DNA of 64,000 nucleotides from Betaproteobacteria bacterium (GTDB lineage Bacteria; Pseudomonadota; Gammaproteobacteria; Burkholderiales; Burkholderiaceae_C). Shown here piece by piece: positions 28,804-38,474 of the stretch. The translations under genes were made by a program, and so were the position numbers. Under the pieces are notes generated by a model, which saw nothing but the letters and a program-made list of their open reading frames with translations, was not told where the DNA came from and made no database searches. Numbering within the stretch: position 1 is the first letter of the stretch; each line of letters opens with the position of its first letter. The stretch covers positions 5,326-69,325 of the forward strand of contig JANMMD010000146.1 in assembly GCA_031372905.1 (NCBI GenBank), read 5' to 3'.

Positions 28804-31336
28804 GCAGCGGCGCCGCGGGCAGCAGCTCGAAGCGCTGCACCGCTGCCGCCTCCACCGCGACGCGTGTGTAGAGCAGCGGGAAGTACTGGCCGCTCAGCCA
28901 CAGCGGCGCCAGATCGCGGTAATGCGGGCTGGCCGGGTCACCGGATTGGCCCGGGGCGTTCACCGCGCGCGAGCGGTCCCAGTCACCCACGTCCAGCACC
29001 AGCCGCAGCGAAGGCCCCGCCAGGTGGCGGCCGGTATCGGCGTCGTGCACCGACAGGTTCACGCTGCTGCGCCCGCCATCCTTCGGCCACGGGCCCGCGT
29101 TCAGCCGCGCCCGCGCCGCCGCATCCACACCTGCCGCCAGCGGGTGCACAAACTCGGCCTGGTGCCACTGCCCCCACTGCCAGCGGGCGGGGTCGGGGCC
29201 GGCGCGCTGCACCAGTTCCGTCCACGCCGCGGCCAGGCTGCGTTCCAGCAATGCATCGCGTCGCGCTGTGGCGCCCACACTGAAGACGGCGGCCGGCTGC
29301 TCCATTGCGGCGAGCAGCGCGTCTTCGTCGGTGCTGCGCAGCAGCGCGGCAGCGTTGCGCGGCAGCACGGCCTGGCGAAAGGCCGCGGGCAGGTGGCGCG
29401 TCCACCAGCGCTCGAACAGCGCGGCGCCCGCGGCATCGGCACTCAGCCGCAGATTCCAGCCCAGCAGCAGGCGCTGCGCCGCCTGGGCCTGGGCGTCGCT
29501 GAAGCGCAGCGGTTGCAGCAGCGCCTGCAGGCGGCGCGCAGACACCGACAGCACGTCGTTCTGCAGCCGCATCGCGTCGTCCACGCTGCTGCGCGGCTGC
29601 GCGGCCAGCACCTCGGCGATGCGCTCGTAGCGCGCGCGTGAAGGCCACTCCAGGCCCGGGGGCTGCGCGAGCCAGGGGCCGCTGGGTGGCAGGTTGTATT
29701 CGTTCGCGCTGGCCCACCAGCCCGCGGCCGGGTTGCGCAGCGCGGGCAACTCGCCCGCAGGCCGAAAGCCGGCCCATTCGTAGCGGCCGTCGCCCGGCAC
29801 GGGCAGCAGGCCGTCCCAGTTCGGGCGCCGTGGCACGCGGCCGCCCACGGCCCAGGCGATGTCGCCTGCGGTGTCGGCATAGAGCATGTTCACCGCCGGC
29901 GTGCCCCAGGCGGCCATGGCGCGCATGAACTCGGCGTGGCTGCCGGCGCGCATCAGGCCCAGGCTGGCGAGGTAAGGCGCGGTGCCGGGCGCTGACCACA
30001 CCGAGCGCACGGCGTAGGCGCGGCCGCCTTCAGCGCTGTTGGTCAGGTTGTTGCTCGCACCGTTCAGCGGGCCGCCGCCGTCTTGCCACGTGACGGGGCC
30101 GTGCCGCGTGTAACGCAGCTGCACCGTCTGCGCCGGCGCACCGCGCACCTCGATGCGCTCCGTCACCACCCGCATCGGCTCCCAGCGGCCCTGGTAGAGG
30201 TACTCGTCGGGCCGGCCCGGGCGGGTCTGGTAGACGTAGAGGTCTTCCTGATCGGCGGCAAACACCGTCAGGCCGAAAGCGATGCGGCCGTTGTGCCCCA
30301 GAGAGACTCCGGGCAGCGCCGGCTCGCCCGCGCCGATGGCGCTCAAGCCCGGCGCCTCCAGGTGCACCAGGTAGCGCAGCGAGGGCGCGGCCTGCAGGCG
30401 GTGGGGGTCGCTGGCCAGCAGCGGGCGGCCGGTGGCGCTGCGCGCAGGCGACACCACCCAGGCGTTGCTGCCCTGCGGCACTGCAGGGGCCGTGAGCGCC
30501 GCCTCGCCGGGCCTGGGCGGCAACGCGGAACGGCGCTCGCCGGCCGCGGGCATCTGCACCGGCTGCGTGGCCAGCATGAAGGCCGCCAGCGCCTGTGGCG
30601 GCACGCAGGGGTCCAGGCCCTCGGGCACACGCACCGTGCGCGGGGGCGTGAGGGCCTGGCGCCAGACATCGGCCGCGAGTTCGCCGCGGCAGGCGAGCAC
30701 AGTGCGCCACAACTCCGAGTTCAGGTTGCCAGACAGCGCATGGCTGCGGATGCGCACCACGTCTTCGGGCGCCCATTTTTCAGGGCGGTAATCAAACTGC
30801 TTGAATTCGAATGGCAGTTCAAAGCTCGGGGATGCAGGCGCGGCCTCCAGCAGGTCGATGTAGGCGTTGATGCCTGCGACAAAACGCGTTGCCGCTTGTT
30901 GCGTGCCGGGGGCGTAGGCCTGCCATTCGTCGCGCAGGTTGCCGCGGTAGAGAAAGAGCCGCGCGGCGCGGTCTTGTTCGGCAAAGCTCGGGCCCAGCGC
31001 AGCCGCCAGGCGGCCGAGGCCGCGGCGGCGCCAGAGGTCGATCTGGAACAGCCGGTCGCGCGCGGCGTTGAAGCCCTGGACAAAGAACAGGTCATCGCTG
31101 CTGGCGGCGTACAGATGCGGCACGCCCCAGCGGTCGACCAGGATCTGCGCGCGCGCTCGCAGGCCGGGCACTGGCACGCTCCGCGTTGCGGCAGGTGCCG
31201 AAGCGGAAGCCGGCGCAGCCACGGCCGGCGCGGCCACGACCGGCAGAAACGCCAGCCCGAAACAGCCCGCCCAAGCCGTCAGCACAGACCGCATCGGATC
31301 GGGCATCAAAGGGGCGCGCGCAGGCTGAAACTTCAT
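28769..31336 (-). CDS. penicillin acylase (S45 Ntn-hydrolase) family protein, possibly an acyl-homoserine-lactone acylase
   Basis: Autoprocessing/nucleophile motif [25 protein letters not shown] signal-peptide-like N-terminus is present. The start is ambiguous (ATG 31336, 31306 or 31294). Confidence 0.85.
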   Translation of the reverse strand: MKFQPARAPLMPDPMRSVLTAWAGCFGLAFLPVVAAPAVAAPASASAPAATRSVPVPGLRARAQILVDRWGVPHLYAASSDDLFFVQGFNAARDRLFQIDLWRRRGLGRLAAALGPSFAEQDRAARLFLYRGNLRDEWQAYAPGTQQAATRFVAGINAYIDLLEAAPASPSFELPFEFKQFDYRPEKWAPEDVVRIRSHALSGNLNSELWRTVLACRGELAADVWRQALTPPRTVRVPEGLDPCVPPQALAAFMLATQPVQMPAAGERRSALPPRPGEAALTAPAVPQGSNAWVVSPARSATGRPLLASDPHRLQAAPSLRYLVHLEAPGLSAIGAGEPALPGVSLGHNGRIAFGLTVFAADQEDLYVYQTRPGRPDEYLYQGRWEPMRVVTERIEVRGAPAQTVQLRYTRHGPVTWQDGGGPLNGASNNLTNSAEGGRAYAVRSVWSAPGTAPYLASLGLMRAGSHAEFMRAMAAWGTPAVNMLYADTAGDIAWAVGGRVPRRPNWDGLLPVPGDGRYEWAGFRPAGELPALRNPAAGWWASANEYNLPPSGPWLAQPPGLEWPSRARYERIAEVLAAQPRSSVDDAMRLQNDVLSVSARRLQALLQPLRFSDAQAQAAQRLLLGWNLRLSADAAGAALFERWWTRHLPAAFRQAVLPRNAAALLRSTDEDALLAAMEQPAAVFSVGATARRDALLERSLAAAWTELVQRAGPDPARWQWGQWHQAEFVHPLAAGVDAAARARLNAGPWPKDGGRSSVNLSVHDADTGRHLAGPSLRLVLDVGDWDRSRAVNAPGQSGDPASPHYRDLAPLWLSGQYFPLLYTRVAVEAAAVQRFELLPAAPLPTAAASVFRGK

Positions 31337-31432
31337 CGCATCGAAGGGGCTGGATTCGATGATCGCAGCTTTCGAGCAGCGGGCAGCGGGGGGTGCGTGG
31401 CCGGGCGGCACGCTTTCGTGGCATCGTCGGGC

Positions 31433-32371
31433 ATGCTCGCCCGGCTGCGCTCCTTCTGCCTGTTCGTTGGCTTGTCAGTGGCCGGCCTGGGGTCGTTCGG
31501 TGCGGCCTGGGCCCAGGCCAGCTGCCCGCCGCCGCTGCCCACGCAGAGCAGCACCGCGCCCGAACGCGACCGCGGCCTGCTCTGGCGCATCACGCGGGAC
31601 GGCCGCAGCAGCTTTCTCTTCGGTACCCTGCATGTCGGCAAACCGGCCTGGCGGCGCTTCGGCCCGCAGGTGAGCGCGGCGCTGCGCAGCGCCGACGTGC
31701 TGGCGCTGGAGATCGACCCGAGCGACCCCGAACTGGCCAGCGCGCTGGCCGAGCTGCAGCCGAACAGCGTGCTGCCCGACGCGCTGCAGAAGCGCCTGAA
31801 CGAGGCCTACGCGCGCGCCTGCGTGGCGCCCGAGTCGCTGGCCACGCTGCACCCGGTGCTGCAGGCCACCACGCTGATGGTGCTGGACGCGCGCTGGCTG
31901 GGCATGGACCCCAGCCTGGCGATGGAACAGCTGCTGCTGGCGCAGGTGCGCGGCAGCGGCCGCCGTGTGGTGTCGCTGGAAACCGTGGCGCAGCAGAAGG
32001 CCGTGCTGGTGCCGGCCGACCCCGACGACGCGCTCTCGGTGCTGGACACCAGCCTCACGCAGCTGGAAGACAAGAGCAGCCGGCGCGTGCTGGAGCGTCT
32101 CAGCCAGGCCTGGGAAAAAGGCGACCTGGCGACGCTGGCGGATTACGCCAGCTGGTGCGAATGCACGCACAGCGAAGAAGACAAGGCCTACATGCGCAAG
32201 CTCAACGACGAGCGCAACCCGCCGCTGGCCGATGGCATCGAGGCCCAGCACAGGCAGGGCAAGCGGGTCTTCGCCGCCGTGGGTGCCCTGCACATGACGG
32301 GCCCGCAGGCGCTGCCGTTGCTGCTGGCGCAGCGCGGCTTCAAGGTCGAGCGCGTGCGCTTCAGGCGCTGA
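31433..32371 (+). CDS. TraB/GumN family protein
   Basis: The track ORF was trimmed to ATG 31433 (signal peptide MLARLRSFCLFVGLSVAGLGSFGAAWAQ). Family motifs LLWRITRDGRSSFLFGTLHVG and FAAVGALHMTG are present. Confidence 0.8.
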   Translation: MLARLRSFCLFVGLSVAGLGSFGAAWAQASCPPPLPTQSSTAPERDRGLLWRITRDGRSSFLFGTLHVGKPAWRRFGPQVSAALRSADVLALEIDPSDPELASALAELQPNSVLPDALQKRLNEAYARACVAPESLATLHPVLQATTLMVLDARWLGMDPSLAMEQLLLAQVRGSGRRVVSLETVAQQKAVLVPADPDDALSVLDTSLTQLEDKSSRRVLERLSQAWEKGDLATLADYASWCECTHSEEDKAYMRKLNDERNPPLADGIEAQHRQGKRVFAAVGALHMTGPQALPLLLAQRGFKVERVRFRR

Positions 32372-32433
32372 AAGCGCCGGGCCGCCGGCTCATGCGCACG
32401 GGCTCACAATGAGCGCCAGCCTTCCAGGAGACC

Positions 32434-33066
32434 TTGATGAGCACTGCCAACGATCTGGCCCGCATGGTGCCCGGCTTCGACTTCCTGCAAAACCTGATGA
32501 AAGGCGCCGGCGCGGCGCTGCCCGGGGTGCAGGGTTTCGGCCAATGGGTGGCGCCCACGCTCGACCCTGAAGAGCTGGAAAAGCGCATCTCCGAGCTGAA
32601 GACCGTGCAGTTCTGGCTGGAACAGAACGCGCGCCTGCTGGGCACCACGGTGCAGGCGCTGGAGGTGCAGCGCATGACGCTCTCCACGCTGCAGACCATG
32701 AACCTACCGATGGCCGACCTGCGCGAAGCCCTGAAGGCGCGCCTGCCCGCCGCTGCTGCGCCCGCGGCACCTGCCGAGCCTGCCGCGGCGGCACCGGCGC
32801 CTGCTGCCGCTGCACCCGGTGCCGTCGACCCCCTGCAGTGGTGGGGCGCGCTGACCCAGCAGTTCACCGACATCGCCACCAAGGCGGTGAAGGACAGCGC
32901 CATCGATACCGCGCGCCACATGGCCGGCGCGGCGGTCAAGGCCGGCGTGAAAGCCGGGGTCGACACCGCCGGCAAGACGCTGAAGAAGGCCGCGGGGCTG
33001 CCTGCCAGCGCGGTGAAGACCGCCCGGGCTGCGGGCGCAGCCTCGGCGCGCCGGCGCAAGGCATGA
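32434..33066 (+). CDS. phaM: PhaM-like PHA-granule-associated multifunctional protein
   Basis: 210-aa ORF. FDFLQNLMKGAG, WVAPTLDPEELEKRISELKTVQFWLEQNARLLG and DPLQWWGALTQQF match my recollection of the PhaM family. A Lys/Ala-rich basic tail is present. Confidence 0.6.
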   Translation: MMSTANDLARMVPGFDFLQNLMKGAGAALPGVQGFGQWVAPTLDPEELEKRISELKTVQFWLEQNARLLGTTVQALEVQRMTLSTLQTMNLPMADLREALKARLPAAAAPAAPAEPAAAAPAPAAAAPGAVDPLQWWGALTQQFTDIATKAVKDSAIDTARHMAGAAVKAGVKAGVDTAGKTLKKAAGLPASAVKTARAAGAASARRRKA

Positions 33067-34332
33067 ATGTCTGACGGCCGGCGAAGAAGCCCCCCCGCCA
33101 TGCCCGGCTTCCTGAGCGGCCACGCCACCCACCCCGACTGGCGCGCTGCGCTGGCCCTGGCGGCTGCGCAGGTGGACGCCCGCGGCGCGGCGCACGACCG
33201 CAGCACCGCCGGGCCGCTGAGCCTGGGCTTCGTCTATTTCACCGACCACTACGCGCCGCACGCCCAGGCGCTGTATGCCGAGCTGCGCCAGCGCTGGCCC
33301 GGCGTGGCCTGGGTCGGCAGCGTCGGCGTGGGCATCTGCGCCGGCGCGGCCGAATACATCGACGAGCCGGCTTTGGCGTTGATGTTGTGCAGCCTGCCGA
33401 CCGGGCGCTTCGAGGTCTTCTCGGGCGCACGCAAGCTGCAGCGCATCGAGCCCTACAGCGCGCTGGTGCATGCCGACCCCGGCACGCCCGATCTGCAAGA
33501 GCTCATCAGCGAGATGAGCGACCGCACCGAAAGCGGTTATCTCTTCGGCGGCCTGGCCAGCTCGCGCGCGGCCACCCACCACATCGCCGAGGGCGTGTGG
33601 CAAGGCGGCCTCTCGGGCGTGGCCTTCACGCGCGACGTGGCCTTGATCTCGCGCGTGACCCAGGGCTGCCAGCCCGTCGGCCCCACGCGCACGGTGACGG
33701 GCTGTGAACGCAACATCGTCACCGAACTCGACGGCGAACCCGCCCTGCCCTGCCTGCTGCGCGACCTCGGCATGGCGGCCCTTGACGACCCGCGCGCCGC
33801 ATTGCCGCGCCTGCGCGCCACCCTGGTGGGCCTGACCGATGCCAGCGACACGGCGCTCACCCGCCCCGGCCAGTTCGGCACCGACACCCGCGTGCGCCAC
33901 CTCGTGGGGCTGGACCCGGGCCGCCACGCCGTGGCGGTGGCCGATGCGCTGGAGCCGGGCATGCGCCTGGCCTTCTGCCAGCGTGACGCGCAGGCGGCGC
34001 GGCGCGACCTCGTGCGCATCTGCAGCGAGATCCGCGACGAGCTGGAGACGCCCGATGACGGCACGGGTGCCGCCACCAGCCCGAGCCGTCGCATCCTGGG
34101 CGCGCTCTACTTCAGCTGCACCGGGCGCGGCGGGCCGCATTTCGGCGGGCCCTCGGCCGAGATGAAGATCGTCCAGCACGCGCTGACGGGCGGGGCCAGT
34201 GGCGGCGCGGAGGCGGCGGGTGGCGCTGCCGATGACCTGCCGCTGGTCGGCTTTTTCGCCGCTGGCGAGATCGCCCGCCACCATCTCTACGGCTACACCG
34301 GTGTGTTGACGGTGTTCACCGAGCCGCGCTGA
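33067..34332 (+). CDS. FIST N/FIST C domain sensor-like protein
   Basis: 421-aa ORF. Its ATG immediately follows the phaM-like TGA (TGAATG). FIST-type architecture is recognised by eye (ESGYLFGGLAS ... FCQRDAQAARRDL ... GFFAAGEI). The true start may be Met12 (33100). Confidence 0.7.
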   Translation: MSDGRRRSPPAMPGFLSGHATHPDWRAALALAAAQVDARGAAHDRSTAGPLSLGFVYFTDHYAPHAQALYAELRQRWPGVAWVGSVGVGICAGAAEYIDEPALALMLCSLPTGRFEVFSGARKLQRIEPYSALVHADPGTPDLQELISEMSDRTESGYLFGGLASSRAATHHIAEGVWQGGLSGVAFTRDVALISRVTQGCQPVGPTRTVTGCERNIVTELDGEPALPCLLRDLGMAALDDPRAALPRLRATLVGLTDASDTALTRPGQFGTDTRVRHLVGLDPGRHAVAVADALEPGMRLAFCQRDAQAARRDLVRICSEIRDELETPDDGTGAATSPSRRILGALYFSCTGRGGPHFGGPSAEMKIVQHALTGGASGGAEAAGGAADDLPLVGFFAAGEIARHHLYGYTGVLTVFTEPR

Positions 34333-34471
34333 AGCTGCCGCGCCGCGCTGCGCCGCGCCAGCGGCCCCCGCCACCCGCACGCGCCACGGTCAAAACAGCC
34401 GTGACCCCTGTGCAGCACAGCGCCCGCGTACAGTCTCTGGCCGCGCAGCCCCGGCACCCCTGGGGCGCGCA

Positions 34472-36016
34472 ATGCGGAGCCCGTCCCGAATGAATGCCCC
34501 TTTCTCACCCCAGGCCGTCATCGCTGTTGAACATGCGGTCGGACAGGCGGCCGAGCGCGCCGCCCGCCAGCAGCAGGTGGTGGCAGCCCTGGCACCGCTG
34601 CTGCCAGCGCACGCACTGCTGTGGCAGACCGAAGACACCGTGCCGTACGAGTGCGACGGCCTCACCGCTTACCGGCAGCTGCCGCTGGCCGTCGCCCTGC
34701 CGGAAACGGAACTGCAGGTGGCTGCCGTGCTGAAGGCCTGCCACGCACTGGCCGTGCCGGTGGTGGCACGCGGCGCCGGCACGGGCTTGAGCGGCGGCGC
34801 CATGCCCCATGCCCTGGGCGTGACCCTGAGCCTGGCCAAGTTCAACAAGATCGTGCAGATCGACCGCCTCGCGCGCACGGCCACCGTGCAATGCGGCGTG
34901 CGCAACCTCGCCATCAGCGAGGCCGCGGCGCCGCTGGGCCTCTACTACGCGCCGGATCCGTCGAGCCAGATCGCCTGCACCATCGGCGGCAACGTGGCCG
35001 AGAACTCCGGCGGCGTGCATTGCCTGAAGTACGGCTTGACGCTGCACAACGTGCTGCGCGTGCGCGGCTACACGGTGGAGGGCGAAGCGGTCGAGTTCGG
35101 CAGCGAGGCGCTGGACACGCCGGGCCTGGACCTGCTGCCGCTCATCGTGGGCAGCGAAGGCATGCTGGCCGTGACCACCGAAGTCACCGTGAAGCTGGTG
35201 CCCAAGCCGCTCCTGGCACGCTGCATCATGGCCAGCTTCGACGACATCCGCAAAGCCGGCGACGCCGTGGCCGCCATCATCGCCGCCGGCATCATCCCGG
35301 CGGGCCTGGAGATGATGGACAAGCCGATGACGGCCGCGGTGGAAGACTTCGTGCACGCCGGGTATGACCTCGAAGCCCAGGCGATCTTGCTGTGCGAAAG
35401 CGACGGCACGCCGGAAGAGGTGGCCGAAGAAATCGACCGCATGCTGGACGTGCTTTCCGGCTGCGGCGCCACGCGGCTGGAAGTGAGCCGGGACGAAGCG
35501 CAGCGCCTGAAGTTCTGGAGCGGGCGCAAGAACGCCTTCCCCGCCAGCGGCCGCATCAGCCCCGACTACATGTGCATGGACAGCACCATCCCGCGCAAGC
35601 GCCTGGCCGACATCCTGCTGGCCATCGCGGAGATGGAGATCAAGTACGGCCTGAAGTGCTGCAACGTCTTCCATGCCGGCGACGGCAACCTGCACCCGCT
35701 GATTCTCTTCGATGCCAACGACCCCGACCAGATGCACCGCTGCGAGCTCTTCGGCGCCGACATCCTGGAGACCAGCGTTGCGATGGGCGGCACCGTCACC
35801 GGTGAACATGGCGTGGGTGTGGAAAAGCTCAGCAGCATGTGCGTGCAGTTCAGCGCCGAAGAACGCGAGCAGATGTTCGCCGTGAAGCGCGCCTTCGACC
35901 CCGCCATGACGCTGAACCCGGGCAAGGTCATACCCACGCTGCAGCGCTGCGCCGAATATGGCCGCATGCATGTGAAGAAGGGCTTGCTGCCCTTCCCCGA
36001 ACTGGAGCGTTTCTGA
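34472..36016 (+). CDS. glcD: glycolate oxidase subunit GlcD (FAD-linked oxidase)
   Basis: VPYECDGLTAYRQLPLAVALPETELQVAAVLKACHALAVPVVARGAGTGLSGGAMP aligns with E. coli GlcD. The gene is followed by glcE and glcF. An alternative start is ATG 34490. Confidence 0.92.
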   Translation: MRSPSRMNAPFSPQAVIAVEHAVGQAAERAARQQQVVAALAPLLPAHALLWQTEDTVPYECDGLTAYRQLPLAVALPETELQVAAVLKACHALAVPVVARGAGTGLSGGAMPHALGVTLSLAKFNKIVQIDRLARTATVQCGVRNLAISEAAAPLGLYYAPDPSSQIACTIGGNVAENSGGVHCLKYGLTLHNVLRVRGYTVEGEAVEFGSEALDTPGLDLLPLIVGSEGMLAVTTEVTVKLVPKPLLARCIMASFDDIRKAGDAVAAIIAAGIIPAGLEMMDKPMTAAVEDFVHAGYDLEAQAILLCESDGTPEEVAEEIDRMLDVLSGCGATRLEVSRDEAQRLKFWSGRKNAFPASGRISPDYMCMDSTIPRKRLADILLAIAEMEIKYGLKCCNVFHAGDGNLHPLILFDANDPDQMHRCELFGADILETSVAMGGTVTGEHGVGVEKLSSMCVQFSAEEREQMFAVKRAFDPAMTLNPGKVIPTLQRCAEYGRMHVKKGLLPFPELERF

Positions 36017-36068
36017 ATGCGTGACGCAAATGGGTGACGCAAATGGATGACGCGAATGGATGACGCGC
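36017..36068 (+). repeat. 13-bp tandem repeat x4 (ATGCGTGACGCAA ATGGGTGACGCAA ATGGATGACGCGA ATGGATGACGCGC) spanning the glcD stop to glcE start junction
   Basis: Read directly. The first unit starts 1 nt after the glcD TGA and the fourth unit carries the probable glcE ATG (36056). Confidence 0.9.
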
Positions 36069-37162
36069 TGCAGCGCTTGGTGGAGCAGGTGCGGACGGCG
36101 CGCGCCGAAAAGCTGCAGCTCGACATCCGCGGCGGCGGCACCAAGGCCTTCTACGGTGGCACGCCGCAGGGCCTGGTGATGGACACACGCGGCCTGGCGG
36201 GCATCAGCAGCTACGAGCCGAGTGAACTCGTCATCACCGCACGCGGCGGCACGCCGCTGGCCGAGCTGGAGGCCACGCTGGCCGAGCAGGGACAGTGCCT
36301 GCCTTTCGAGCCACCGCGCTTCGGGGATCCGACGAACGCAGGCGTTCAGGGCGGCACGGTCGGCGGCATGGTCGCCGCCGGGCTGGCCGGGCCGGCGCGG
36401 GTGTCGGTGGGCGGCGTGCGTGATTACGTGCTCGGCGCCAAGCTGCTAAACGGGCAGGCCGAGCTGCTGGCCTTCGGTGGCACGGTGATGAAAAACGTGG
36501 CCGGCTACGACGTGTCGCGCGCGCTGGCGGGGTCGATGGGCGTGCTGGGTGTGATCTGCGAAGTCAGCCTGAAGGTGCTGCCGGTGCTGCCGGCCACGCT
36601 GACGCTGCGCCTGGAGGCGGAACAAGGCACGGCCATCCGGCGCCTGAACGAATGGGGCGGCCAGCCGCTGCCGCTGAACGCCAGCGCCTGGTGGGACGGC
36701 ATGCTGGTGCTGCGCCTGGCGGGTGCGGCCGCGGCGGTGCGTTCGGCCTTCGAGAAGATCGGCGGCGAGGTGGTCGAAGCCGGCATGGCGGCCAGCTTCT
36801 GGCAAGGTCTGCGCGACCACCGCGACGAGTTCTTCATCGGCGCGGCCAAGGCCGTGGACAGCGGCGCGGCGCTCTGGCGCCTGAGCGTGCCGGCCACCGC
36901 GCCGCCGCTGAAGCTGTCGGGCGAACAGTTGCTGGAATGGGGCGGCGCGCAACGCTGGATCTGCACCAGCGCCCCGGCCCACGTGCTGCGTGATGCAGCC
37001 CAGGCTGCGGGCGGGCATGCGGTGCTCTTCCGTGGCCACGACAAGAGCGTGGGCGCCTTCGCCCCGCTGGCGCCCGCCGCTGCACGCATGCAGCGTGAAC
37101 TGCAACGCGCCTTCGACCCCGATGGCATCTTCAACCCCGGCCGGCTGCTGCCGCCGGCCTGA
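36047..37162 (+). CDS. glcE: glycolate oxidase FAD-binding subunit GlcE
   Basis: MDDALQRLVEQVRTARAEKLQLDIRGGGTKAFYGG resembles the GlcE N-terminus. Lies between glcD and glcF. The start is either ATG 36047 (track) or in-frame ATG 36056. Confidence 0.88.
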   Translation: MTRMDDALQRLVEQVRTARAEKLQLDIRGGGTKAFYGGTPQGLVMDTRGLAGISSYEPSELVITARGGTPLAELEATLAEQGQCLPFEPPRFGDPTNAGVQGGTVGGMVAAGLAGPARVSVGGVRDYVLGAKLLNGQAELLAFGGTVMKNVAGYDVSRALAGSMGVLGVICEVSLKVLPVLPATLTLRLEAEQGTAIRRLNEWGGQPLPLNASAWWDGMLVLRLAGAAAAVRSAFEKIGGEVVEAGMAASFWQGLRDHRDEFFIGAAKAVDSGAALWRLSVPATAPPLKLSGEQLLEWGGAQRWICTSAPAHVLRDAAQAAGGHAVLFRGHDKSVGAFAPLAPAAARMQRELQRAFDPDGIFNPGRLLPPA

Positions 37163-37187
37163 GCGGCGCGACCCCGAAAACTTCTCG

Positions 37188-38444
37188 ATGCAAACCAATC
37201 TCGCCCCCGAATTCAAAGGCACGCGCCAAGGCGAGGCGGCCGAGGCCATCCTGCGCAAATGTGTGCATTGCGGTTTCTGCACCGCCACCTGCCCCACCTA
37301 CCAGCTGCTGGGCGACGAACTCGACGGCCCGCGCGGCCGCATCTACCTGATGAAGCAGGTGCTGGAAGGCGCGCCCGTCACGCGCAAGACGCAGCAGCAC
37401 CTGGACCGCTGCCTCACATGCAGGAACTGTGAGACCACCTGCCCCAGCGGCGTGCAGTACGGCCACCTGGTCGACATCGGCCGCGAGATCGTCGAAGCGC
37501 GCGTGGAGCGGCCCGCCGGCGAGAAGGCCATGCGCTGGTTGCTGAAGGAGGGCCTGACCTCGCCCCTGTTCGCGCCGGCCATGAAGCTGGGCCAGCTGGT
37601 GCGGCCGCTGCTGCCGCAGTCGCTGAAGAACAAGGTGCCGGGCAAGGCCCCGGCGCAGGCGCAGAACTGGCCGACACGCACGCACAAGCGCAAGGTGCTG
37701 CTGCTGCTGGGCTGCGTGCAGCCCGCGATGATGCCCAACGTCAACAGCGCCACCGCGCGCGTGCTCGACGCCATCGGCATCCAGACGCTGGTGGCCGATG
37801 GCGCCGGCTGCTGCGGCGCCTTGCGCACGCACCTGAACGACAGCGCCGGCGGCCTGGTCGACATGCGCCGCAACATCGACGCTTGGTGGCCGCTGGTGCA
37901 GGGCCTGACCTCGGAGGGCAAGGTCGAGGCCATCGTGATGAACGCCAGCGGCTGCGGCGTGCAGGTCAAGGACTACGGCCATGCGCTGGCCCACGACCCC
38001 GACTACGCCGAGAAGGCGCGCCGGGTGAGCGAGCTGACGCGCGACCTGAGCGAGCTGCTGCCGGAGATTGCGCCGCAGCTGCAGGGCAAGCTGCGCGCCT
38101 CCAAGCAGCCGGCGCTGGCCTTCCACCCACCCTGCACGCTGCAGCACGGCCAGCAGTTGCGCGGTGGTGTGGAAACACATTTGCGCACCCTGGGCTTCGA
38201 GGTGCGCCTGGCGAATGCCGAAAGCCACCTGTGCTGCGGCAGCGCCGGCACCTACAGCGTGCTGCAGCCCGAACTCGCCACGCAATTGCGTGACCGCAAG
38301 CTTGCCCACCTGGCACCGCTGCCGGGGCAGGACGAAGTGGGCGCCATCGTCAGCGCCAACATCGGCTGCATCCAGCACCTGCAAAGCGGCACGCCGGTGC
38401 CGGTGAAGCACTGGGTGGAAGTGGTGGACGAGGCGCTGGGCTGA
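37188..38444 (+). CDS. glcF: glycolate oxidase iron-sulfur subunit GlcF
   Basis: The track ORF was trimmed to ATG 37188 (MQTNLAPEF...). Two ferredoxin-type clusters (CVHCGFCTATCP, CLTCRNCETTCP) and CCG-type Cys-rich domains are present. Confidence 0.92.
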   Translation: MQTNLAPEFKGTRQGEAAEAILRKCVHCGFCTATCPTYQLLGDELDGPRGRIYLMKQVLEGAPVTRKTQQHLDRCLTCRNCETTCPSGVQYGHLVDIGREIVEARVERPAGEKAMRWLLKEGLTSPLFAPAMKLGQLVRPLLPQSLKNKVPGKAPAQAQNWPTRTHKRKVLLLLGCVQPAMMPNVNSATARVLDAIGIQTLVADGAGCCGALRTHLNDSAGGLVDMRRNIDAWWPLVQGLTSEGKVEAIVMNASGCGVQVKDYGHALAHDPDYAEKARRVSELTRDLSELLPEIAPQLQGKLRASKQPALAFHPPCTLQHGQQLRGGVETHLRTLGFEVRLANAESHLCCGSAGTYSVLQPELATQLRDRKLAHLAPLPGQDEVGAIVSANIGCIQHLQSGTPVPVKHWVEVVDEALG

Positions 38445-38474
38445 AGAACCCGGCGCCTGGCCGGGCCGGGGCTG

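Noticed and set aside
36017-36068. Whether any of the short tandem arrays (36017, 41807, 8105, 4111) could be a CRISPR array or a minisatellite within a mobile element.
   Set aside because: The units are 9-13 bp, directly abutting without spacers, and only 2.5-6 copies. No cas genes, transposase, integrase or flanking inverted repeats occur anywhere in the window.
38449-38465. Short GC hairpin (CCCGGC-N5-GCCGGG) between the convergent glcF and PEP-CTERM genes, considered as a bidirectional terminator.
   Set aside because: The stem is only 6 bp and there is no U-tract on either strand, which is too weak to call.
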